This document shows positions 56,761-64,000 of a stretch of DNA of 64,000 nt, piece by piece. The stretch is from Bacteroidota bacterium (GTDB taxonomy: Bacteria; Bacteroidota; Bacteroidia; NS11-12g; UBA955): assembly GCA_041192805.1 (NCBI GenBank), contig JBEEMF010000011.1:1009-65008 (forward strand), written 5' to 3'. The notes beneath the pieces are model-generated. The model was given only the letters and a program-made list of their open reading frames with translations, had not been told where the DNA came from and ran no database searches. Both the position numbers and the translations under genes were made by a program. The stretch's first letter is position 1; each line of letters begins with the position of its first letter.

Positions 56761-58140
56761 TTAGTTTAATAAATCACCAATATCCTGCAAAATCTTACGT
56801 GTAAGGTTTTCTGCAGTGTTAATACTATCGCTTTCGGCATAAATACGAATGATCGGCTCGGTATTGCTCTTGCGCAAATGCACCCAATCATTATCAAATT
56901 CTATCCTCACCCCATCAATCGTATTGATCGGTTGCTTTTTGTATTTCTTTTGGATTTTATCCAAAATACCGTCTACGTCGGTTCCGGCTTGTAACTCTGC
57001 CTTATTTTTCGACATACGATAATTTGGATAGGTCGCTCTAAGTGCTGATGCGCTCAGTCCAGTTTCAGCCAAATGACTCAATATCAATGCAATACCAGCC
57101 AAGGCATCTCGACCATAATGTAATTCCGGAACGATGATACCTCCATTTCCTTCTCCGCCAATGACAGCGCCGATTTCCTTCATCTTCTCAACGACGTTAA
57201 CCTCACCGACAGCACTTGCTTCGTATCGCTGACCTGCTTTTTCGGTAATATCGCGTAGGGCACGGGTACTGCTCAAATTACTCACTGTTGGCCCTGGGGT
57301 ATGTCGCAAATAATAATCGGCAACAGCCACCAAAGTATATTCTTCGCCAAACATCTCGGCATCATCACAAATCAAAGCCAAACGATCCACATCAGGATCT
57401 ACCACAATACCCAAATCGCATTTTGAAGATTTCACTTCTGAGGCGATCTGACCTAAATGTTCTGGCAATGGTTCTGGATTGTGTGCGAAATGACCAGTGG
57501 GTTCGCAATTGATTTCAAATATTTCTTCAACACCCAAAGCTTTTAAGAGCGCGGGCACTGCAATTCCACCGACACTGTTCACGGCGTCGATTGCGATTCT
57601 ATATTTCTGCGCAGCGATTAGTTCAGGCTTTACTAGTTCCAACGCCAATATCTTTTCGATATGCATCGGCAGATAATCTTTCTGAGTACGCTTACCCAAG
57701 TGATCAACTGTTGCGAATGAAATATCTGCAGATTCTGCGAGTTGCAAAACGATTTCACCGTCTTGTGCGCTAATAAATTCCCCTTTGTGGTTTAACAACT
57801 TTAAGGCATTCCACTGTTTTGGGTTATGGCTTGCTGTTAGAATGATTCCACCGGCGGCCTTTTCTTCCATCACAGCCATTTCAACTGTTGGCGTAGTACA
57901 TAGGCCTGCATCTAACACGTCTAAACCCAATGCCATCAGCGTATTTATCACCAATTCATGGACCAACGGACCGCTAATTCGAGCATCACGGCCAACCACA
58001 ACTCTTTTGCCTTTTTTGCGCTGCAACAGCATGCTTCCATAGGCAGAGGTGTATTTGACAACATCAATGGGCGTAAGGTTTTCACCGCTAACACCACCCA
58101 ACGTACCACGAATTCCAGAAATCGATTTGATGAGAGTCAT
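56761..58140 (-). CDS. glmM: Phosphoglucosamine mutase (alpha-D-phosphohexomutase family)
   Basis: 459 aa from ATG 58140 (MTLIKSISGIRGT); the track's TTG 58152 falls inside the promoter box. Active-site loop ILTASHNPKQWNALK. Metal loop VVDPDVDR. Confidence 0.8.
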   Translation of the reverse strand: MTLIKSISGIRGTLGGVSGENLTPIDVVKYTSAYGSMLLQRKKGKRVVVGRDARISGPLVHELVINTLMALGLDVLDAGLCTTPTVEMAVMEEKAAGGIILTASHNPKQWNALKLLNHKGEFISAQDGEIVLQLAESADISFATVDHLGKRTQKDYLPMHIEKILALELVKPELIAAQKYRIAIDAVNSVGGIAVPALLKALGVEEIFEINCEPTGHFAHNPEPLPEHLGQIASEVKSSKCDLGIVVDPDVDRLALICDDAEMFGEEYTLVAVADYYLRHTPGPTVSNLSSTRALRDITEKAGQRYEASAVGEVNVVEKMKEIGAVIGGEGNGGIIVPELHYGRDALAGIALILSHLAETGLSASALRATYPNYRMSKNKAELQAGTDVDGILDKIQKKYKKQPINTIDGVRIEFDNDWVHLRKSNTEPIIRIYAESDSINTAENLTRKILQDIGDLLN

Positions 58141-58149
58141 AAAGAACCG

Positions 58150-58157
58150 CAAAAATA
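58150..58157 (-). promoter_or_regulatory. -7 box TATTTTTG upstream of glmM-ychF
   Basis: The minus strand reads cgtTATTTTTGcggttctttATG. Confidence 0.45.
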
Positions 58158-58243
58158 ACGAAATTTGAGGTCATTTAGATAGTTTTCATGACTTATTCTT
58201 TACAAACAACCGAAATCCTTTAGGGGAAATCGCAACGAAATAA

Positions 58244-58266
58244 GCGTTAAACTTCGGGCGTTAAAC
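58244..58266. repeat. Direct repeat GCGTTAAAC x2 (14-bp period) abutting the ftcD -7 box
   Basis: aaGCGTTAAACttcggGCGTTAAACga. The second copy ends 2 nt before TAAATTTG. Confidence 0.7.
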
Positions 58267-58268
58267 GA

Positions 58269-58276
58269 TAAATTTG
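58269..58276 (+). promoter_or_regulatory. -7 box TAAATTTG, 4 nt upstream of ATG 58281
   Basis: TAAATTTG-caat-ATG. No TTG at the -33 position. Confidence 0.5.
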
Positions 58277-58280
58277 CAAT

Positions 58281-59969
58281 ATGCAACCGATTATCGAATG
58301 TGTACCCAATTTCAGCGAAGGACGTGATCTTCAGACCATCAAAGTCATTACAGACGCCATCGAAACGGTGGATGGAATTCGCTTATTAGATGTAGATCCG
58401 GGCAAAGCCACCAACCGCACTGTTGTTACCTTGGTTGGATCTCCCGACGATGTCATTGAGGCAGTTTTTCGCGGGATTCAGAAAGCGGCTGAGGTGATCG
58501 ACATGCGCAATCACACGGGAGAGCATCCCCGCATGGGCGCCACCGATGTTTGTCCGCTCATCCCCATTTCCGGCATCAGCATGGAAGAAACGGCGGTTTA
58601 TGCCCAGAAATTGGCTAAGCGCGTCGCCGAAGAATTACATATCCCCACTTATTTATATGAATCCGCGCAGGCCAATCCTGAGAGAAACAATCTCAGTGTG
58701 ATTCGCGCCGGGGAGTACGAAGGCTTTTTTGACAAAATCAAATTGCCAGAATGGGCGCCGGATTATGGCCCTGCAGTAATGAACCCCACGGCTGGCGCCA
58801 CCGTAATCGGTGCCCGGGATTTTCTAATTGCCTACAACGTTAATCTAAATACCAAAAGCACCCGCATCGCCAACCGCATCGCCTTTGATGTCCGCGAAGC
58901 AGGTCGTGTAAAACGCGAAGGCAACCCCTATTCCGGCAAAATAATGAACGATGAAAACGGAGAACCCATCCGTATTCCGGGCAAATTAAAGAGCGTCAAA
59001 GCCATTGGCTGGTATATCGAGGAGTACAACATGGCTCAGATCTCGATGAACCTAACCAATTACAAAATCAGTCCTTTGCATATTGCTTTTGAAGAAACTC
59101 GAATGTCGGCCGACGAGCGCGGAGTGCGCGTAACCGGTTCCGAATTGGTGGGATTGATTCCTTTGCAGCCTTTGTTGGATGCAGGTCGATATTTCCTTGA
59201 AAAGCAGGGTTTGAGCACGGGCGTGAGTGAGGCCGATCTGATTGATTGCGCCATTCGTAGCATGGGCTTGAATGAATTGGGTATATTTGATCCGAAGAAA
59301 AAAATAATTGAATATATGCTTAGCGATGAGAAGCAATCTCGACTGGTTAACATGACGGTTCGCGGCTTTGCCGACGAAACGGCGAGTGATAGTGCAGCGC
59401 CTGGAGGGGGCAGCATTTCCGCTTTGGCGGGGGCACTCGGCGCTGCGTTGGGCACCATGGTGGCCAACTTGAGCGCCGCCAAACGAGGATGGGAAGATCG
59501 CGTACACGAATTCTCTCCCTGGGCCGAACAAGGTCAGCTGCTAAAAGACAAACTCATCGCATTGGTAGATGAAGACACACGTGCCTTTGATGCTATCATG
59601 GATGCTTTTGGCTTACCCAAAGACACCCCAGAACAAGTATCAGCAAGAAAGCAAGCCATACAAGACGCATCAAAATACGCAACACAAGTTCCTTTCCGTA
59701 CGATGCAAACAGCGTTTGAATGCATCCCTCTTTTAAAACAGATGGCAGAGCATGGCAACCCCAATTCTTTGTCTGATGTGGGCGTAGGTGCACTTTGCAT
59801 AAAAACGGCTGTCCGCGGTGCTTGGCTCAACGTATTGATTAATGCGCAAGGCCTGAGCGACAGAACCTGGGCGGAGAATATCGTAGCAGAAGCAAGAGCC
59901 GTTCTGGCAAAAAATCATGCTGCATGTGATGAAATTATTTTAAAAATCGAAGCGCAAATTGGTGGCTGA
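58281..59969 (+). CDS. ftcD: Bifunctional glutamate formimidoyltransferase / formimidoyltetrahydrofolate cyclodeaminase
   Basis: 562 aa. The N-terminal IIECVPNFSEGRD and HPRMGATDVCP motifs mark the transferase. The C-terminal SDSAAPGGGSISALAGALGAALGTMV motif marks the cyclodeaminase. Confidence 0.9.
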   Translation: MQPIIECVPNFSEGRDLQTIKVITDAIETVDGIRLLDVDPGKATNRTVVTLVGSPDDVIEAVFRGIQKAAEVIDMRNHTGEHPRMGATDVCPLIPISGISMEETAVYAQKLAKRVAEELHIPTYLYESAQANPERNNLSVIRAGEYEGFFDKIKLPEWAPDYGPAVMNPTAGATVIGARDFLIAYNVNLNTKSTRIANRIAFDVREAGRVKREGNPYSGKIMNDENGEPIRIPGKLKSVKAIGWYIEEYNMAQISMNLTNYKISPLHIAFEETRMSADERGVRVTGSELVGLIPLQPLLDAGRYFLEKQGLSTGVSEADLIDCAIRSMGLNELGIFDPKKKIIEYMLSDEKQSRLVNMTVRGFADETASDSAAPGGGSISALAGALGAALGTMVANLSAAKRGWEDRVHEFSPWAEQGQLLKDKLIALVDEDTRAFDAIMDAFGLPKDTPEQVSARKQAIQDASKYATQVPFRTMQTAFECIPLLKQMAEHGNPNSLSDVGVGALCIKTAVRGAWLNVLINAQGLSDRTWAENIVAEARAVLAKNHAACDEIILKIEAQIGG

Positions 59970-59994
59970 TAAATACAGAACTGAAAGACAACGC

Positions 59995-61032
59995 ATGTCC
60001 AAACATACTAGAATCCCAAAAAATATCATCCGGAATCTATATGTCATTTTAATTATTGCCATGTCGTCCCAGCATGCCATTGCCCAGTTCGCCCCGGCTG
60101 CAGGGCAGCCGGGGTCGACGGCCCTTCGGGCCGACAGTTCCTGTTTCATTAATTGGGCCACACAATGCCATGTTCAGCGCGGACTGAAACAAATCAACCT
60201 ACCCGACTCCGGCTACGCCTCCGTGGGAACCGCCCAATCAGCCATCGGTCAAGCATCCACCAACGGCGTGGTATCACTAGGCGACGGTGGCATCGCAACC
60301 CTCACTTTTGATCCTCCAATCGCAGATGGAAATGGATTCGATTTTGCCATTTTTGAAAACACATTCCTCGATTCCTTCCTCGAATTGGCCTTCGTAGAAG
60401 TCAGCACCGATAGTCAATCCTGGGCTCGCTTCCCCAACGAAAGCCTTACACAAACCAAAGTCCAAACGGCGGCATTTGGATTTACCCAGCCGACAAATAT
60501 TCACAATCTCGCCGGGAAATACCGACATCCTTATGGAACGCCTTTCGATCTAAAGGATTTGGCCATGATGAGCAATATCAGGACCAATGAAATTAGATAT
60601 GTCAGAATTTTAGACGTGGTAGGAAGCATCGACACCCTCTATGCGCAGCGCGATAGCAAAAACAGAATCATCAACGACCCCTGGCCTACTCCGTTTGCTA
60701 GCTCCGGCTTCGATTTGGATGCGGTGGGTGTAATCAACCAAGCGGCATCAATGAGTAGCGAAAACCATTCGCACGAAATCAACCGCCCCCTCTATTTCAA
60801 TACCACTTCCAATACAATTCATGCTGTGGCAAACGCAAATACAATGAATCACCCGCAAAACAACGACTTAAACGTCTACAATTTGGCCGGGCAGTTGTGT
60901 TTCAAAACGTTGATTCCCGCGACCAAAACTATCGAACATAGCATTCAAATCCCTGCCAATCTAAGCGCCGGGACCTACATCGCTCAATACAAAAATTACT
61001 CGATCAAAATTATCTTGACCGACAATCGCTGA
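59995..61032 (+). CDS. Secreted hypothetical protein with T9SS type-A-like CTD
   Basis: I start at ATG 59995 (MSKHTRIPKNIIRNLYVILIIAMSSQHAIAQ signal). The central domain (GFDFAIFENTF...ELAFVEVSTDSQSWARF...GFDLDAVGVIN) has no family I can name. The CTD-like end is LNVYNLAGQLCFKTLIP...LSAGTYIAQYKNYSIKIILTDNR. Confidence 0.6.
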   Translation: MSKHTRIPKNIIRNLYVILIIAMSSQHAIAQFAPAAGQPGSTALRADSSCFINWATQCHVQRGLKQINLPDSGYASVGTAQSAIGQASTNGVVSLGDGGIATLTFDPPIADGNGFDFAIFENTFLDSFLELAFVEVSTDSQSWARFPNESLTQTKVQTAAFGFTQPTNIHNLAGKYRHPYGTPFDLKDLAMMSNIRTNEIRYVRILDVVGSIDTLYAQRDSKNRIINDPWPTPFASSGFDLDAVGVINQAASMSSENHSHEINRPLYFNTTSNTIHAVANANTMNHPQNNDLNVYNLAGQLCFKTLIPATKTIEHSIQIPANLSAGTYIAQYKNYSIKIILTDNR

Positions 61033-64000
61033 TCTCCCGATTCAATAGTTAACGGGTACACTCCGGCGGCAAGACCCAAACGTTTTAGGTCGATGGTCTC
61101 AAAATATGTCCCATCTTCTTGAACATCCCAATTTCGTTCATACAACACGCCTTGACCCAAAATCGTATGCAATTGAACCTTGATTTTTGCACCCGCAGCG
61201 GCTTCAAATTTATAACTCACCGATTTTGCCGTTGGATTAGGGAAAACATAAAAACTGAATGGGTTGTCCTGATTCTTCAACTTGGGACTCTCAATCGCAA
61301 TCCACTGAGAACTCGTATCCTTGCAACCCAAGCCATTTATCGCCGTTAATAGCACCCAATACTTACCATTGCTATTGAAAACATGGGTTATCCGATCTCC
61401 CTTGGCAGAAGTATCGCCCATACCAAAATCCCATTTAAACGTGCGATCCATTGGAATCAGATTGTTATCCAAGGCCTCAAACAAATAGGATTCGCGATTC
61501 TTTTCCAATGTGTTTTTTGAATAAATAAACGATGCATCTACCTCAGGCACAACCGTAATGGGGAGCAACGACGTAGAATCTGAGCAGCCACCACCCGAGA
61601 CAAACGGATTTATTGTGCGATACTTTACGATATACTTACCCGCCGTTTTATAGAGATGCGATGGCGACAACGCGGAAGACAAAATAGCATCGCCAAAATT
61701 CCAATTGTGTTGCAAACTTTTGCCATCGGCATTGGTGGATTGATTTGCAAAAATTGCAGTTTGCATATTTGCACAAAACGCAAATTGATTGACAGAAATC
61801 TTAGCCTTAGGCATTGAATAAACCGTCACCGACTTAAACATCGAATCGCTACAGCCCAAAATTGATGTCGTTGCCTTCAATTTCACCACGTAGTTCCCAA
61901 AAACCGAATACACAATATTGGTATCGCGGGTGGAAGCAGATTTCAACGCAAATTTCCCTTGATGCGCTCTTGCATCGCCCCAACTCCAAATGTATTTGGC
62001 TGTGGCCGATGGATCAGAATAAGCACTTTGCAAATCGGTGATCTTCAGTAAATCACCCTCACATATTTCATTTGCGCCGAGCATAAAATCAGCCTTGGGC
62101 GTATTCACCACCGTTGCCATTTGATAGGAAGTATCAGAGCATCCAACTGCATTTTTTACAATCAATTGGACATTATACTTGCCACTTAACGAGAAATTAT
62201 GACTTGCCGCAGCCACATCAGCACCCGAAACTCCATCCTTCCAATCGTAGATATACCACAAAGAACCGCCCCCACTGTTGGCAGGGTTCATACTTGCATT
62301 CACGACATCAAATCGGTTGTTTTTATCGCATTGAGCAGCCTTGGCAAATGTAAATTGTGATACGGGGTGACCTTTCACCTTAACCACCACCGTCTCTGTA
62401 TCCAAACAACCCTCAGCGGAGGCCACAATCAATTGCACGGCTTGATTTCCCACCGATGAAAAAACTTGACTAAACGAAGTCGTAACCGCAGTTTTAACCG
62501 GACTCACCGCCTTCCAAGACCTAGAAAAAATCGTACTATTGGCAACCGAAGATTGATCTGTAAACATAAATTTATTCCCTCGCAAGCAGGGCGAATAATT
62601 AGGATCGTAACCAATCTTAGCCAACGGCTTAGCCCAAACATTCAAAGGAAATTCGGTTGTAGTATCCAAGCACCCGCGGTGGTCTATAATGGCGACGTAT
62701 TTCCCCGTATCGGTCAAAGCGATTTTTGCGATGGTCAACAAACTATCCGAGGCCAACAAGCTCCATGGAGTCTCCAATTTATACCAATTGTATTTCATCG
62801 ACAGCGACTGATTATCAGACACGGCCAACACCAAACGATTTTCCTCACAAATGGGATTGCTACCCTCCTTCACTCGGACGATACCATTGGGCAATGCGAT
62901 GACTTCTACCATTGAGGACTTCACGATGCTATCTTCTCCATTGTTTAATCGGAGCTTTATCGTTTTGAAACCTGCAGAAGTATATTTGACAGTCCAAGGT
63001 CCTTTTCCGGACGCTTTCGCTGGCAATGCACCCGCGCCAAAATCCCATTCATACAGTCCAATCAAACCATCCGACAAATCTGTAAATCTGGCAGTATCGC
63101 CCGCACAAAACGCAGTTTTATCGACCTTGAAATTGGCCGTCGTTTTTTCATAAACTAAACTAAAATCCTCGGCTTGTCCATAAGAACAAGTTCCGCAACC
63201 CGTTGTATCAATATTGTTGTAATCGCTGATCACCCGCATTCTCAGACCTTGATTCTTCTTCAAATTGGCTGGGGTTTTGATTTTCATATCGGCGTACGAC
63301 GTTGGCGATGCTGAGACCTGGGCCGACACTTCACCCAAATACGACTGAAACTTGCCATCGTTATTATAGTCGATAAAAACCCTAACATTCTCAGCATTGT
63401 AAAGCCCCACTTTCACTTTCACAGAGTAACTCACATTGGGATTGACACGAAAAACTTTGTCCTTGGATTTGTCCAAATATTCTCCATCGTCGAAATACGT
63501 CCCCGACTCAAACTGATTGTCCGAAAGGATGACCTTAAATATTCCAATGCCATAATTCGATGTCTGATAATTGGTTTTACTCAAGCAACTCGGCGATGCA
63601 GGGCTCGGAAAAACGCGAAGCCACACCTTTTTGGTTTCAGTATTGGATGTCAAACAGCTTTTTGCTGTGAGAGAAACATTATAAATCCCCGGACTCGTAA
63701 ATTTCAATTCAGGATTGGCGGAATAGGCATTCCCTTTGGTCCAAGAATAACCCGTGGCCGGCGTGATCGACCATTCTATCGGCGTGGTATTGTTTACCGA
63801 TGCGATAATTCTTTCCTGCAATTTCAAATTTCCACCCACGGAGAAAATCGAATCATACGCAAACATCCTCGACTTATAAAGACCCGAACCATCATCAAAC
63901 AGAGGACTTTTCCAAACACCCCTGCCGTAAGTACTGATATAAATGAAGCTATAATCCCTACCCTTGGGTGAATGATAAATGTCGATATCGGTAATATCCA
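60996..64000 (-). CDS. Large PKD/GEVED-repeat protein with T9SS type-A CTD; N-terminus lies beyond the right edge
   Basis: The track starts at ATG 63866, but hand translation shows the frame stays open to 64000 (...DITDIDIYHSPKGRDYSFIYISTYGRGVWKSPLFDDGSGLYKSR-MFAYDS...). GEVED-like block VFIDYNNDGKF...LRMRVISDY...YGQAEDFSLVYE. Multiple PKD repeats. The CTD is FYVFPNPTAKSVSYKF...GVYPLTIESGDQRLSVKIILIE. Confidence 0.8.
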   Translation of the reverse strand, partial: DITDIDIYHSPKGRDYSFIYISTYGRGVWKSPLFDDGSGLYKSRMFAYDSIFSVGGNLKLQERIIASVNNTTPIEWSITPATGYSWTKGNAYSANPELKFTSPGIYNVSLTAKSCLTSNTETKKVWLRVFPSPASPSCLSKTNYQTSNYGIGIFKVILSDNQFESGTYFDDGEYLDKSKDKVFRVNPNVSYSVKVKVGLYNAENVRVFIDYNNDGKFQSYLGEVSAQVSASPTSYADMKIKTPANLKKNQGLRMRVISDYNNIDTTGCGTCSYGQAEDFSLVYEKTTANFKVDKTAFCAGDTARFTDLSDGLIGLYEWDFGAGALPAKASGKGPWTVKYTSAGFKTIKLRLNNGEDSIVKSSMVEVIALPNGIVRVKEGSNPICEENRLVLAVSDNQSLSMKYNWYKLETPWSLLASDSLLTIAKIALTDTGKYVAIIDHRGCLDTTTEFPLNVWAKPLAKIGYDPNYSPCLRGNKFMFTDQSSVANSTIFSRSWKAVSPVKTAVTTSFSQVFSSVGNQAVQLIVASAEGCLDTETVVVKVKGHPVSQFTFAKAAQCDKNNRFDVVNASMNPANSGGGSLWYIYDWKDGVSGADVAAASHNFSLSGKYNVQLIVKNAVGCSDTSYQMATVVNTPKADFMLGANEICEGDLLKITDLQSAYSDPSATAKYIWSWGDARAHQGKFALKSASTRDTNIVYSVFGNYVVKLKATTSILGCSDSMFKSVTVYSMPKAKISVNQFAFCANMQTAIFANQSTNADGKSLQHNWNFGDAILSSALSPSHLYKTAGKYIVKYRTINPFVSGGGCSDSTSLLPITVVPEVDASFIYSKNTLEKNRESYLFEALDNNLIPMDRTFKWDFGMGDTSAKGDRITHVFNSNGKYWVLLTAINGLGCKDTSSQWIAIESPKLKNQDNPFSFYVFPNPTAKSVSYKFEAAAGAKIKVQLHTILGQGVLYERNWDVQEDGTYFETIDLKRLGLAAGVYPLTIESGDQRLSVKIILIE

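Noticed and set aside
58153-58280. Possible THF or other riboswitch upstream of ftcD
   Set aside because: The gap is only 128 nt and is shared with the divergent glmM promoter. The -7 box sits 4 nt from the ATG, which leaves no leader to fold.

Overview
This is a 64-kb chromosomal window from a Bacteroidota genome. The phylum call rests on T9SS type-A and type-B C-terminal sorting domains, a fused SecDF, a fused E1 alpha/beta, many TAnnTTTG '-7' promoter boxes and no Shine-Dalgarno sequences. The family cannot be named from sequence alone. I call 40 protein-coding genes. By eye I found no rRNA, tRNA, CRISPR array, transposase or integrase. Housekeeping genes are yidC, atpDC, lysA, secDF, purL, ftsX, uppP, tamB, tsaD, meaB, ychF, glmM, ftcD, an lptD-like gene, a PolX-like gene and a Pif1-like helicase. 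They are interleaved with six large secreted T9SS cargo proteins (four type-A CTD, two type-B CTD), one PorP/SprF-family gene and two ECF sigma factors. Two edge-truncated genes are missing from the ORF track: yidC at 1..1499 and the continuation of the last PKD protein to 64000. Many track starts are the longest TTG/GTG extension; I trimmed them using promoter boxes, terminators and conserved N-termini. The best candidate for something undescribed is an identical 28-nt ECF-type promoter, TTGCAACCAAT-N11-CGTCAT. It sits upstream of an ECF sigma operon (51.6 kb) and upstream of a 1361-aa T9SS cargo gene 41 kb away (10.3 kb). That operon encodes sigma, then a single-pass protein with a C-terminal beta-barrel-like domain, then a T9SS beta-propeller cargo. 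Other notable items: a PorP/SprF protein fused to a SPOR-like domain directly downstream of a type-B-CTD adhesin; a DUF3127 protein with an SSB-type DDDLPF tail; three genes whose -7 box lies exactly 4 nt from the ATG (leaderless geometry); and a G-depleted 350-nt non-coding tract. All functional calls come from motif recognition by eye; no searches were run.
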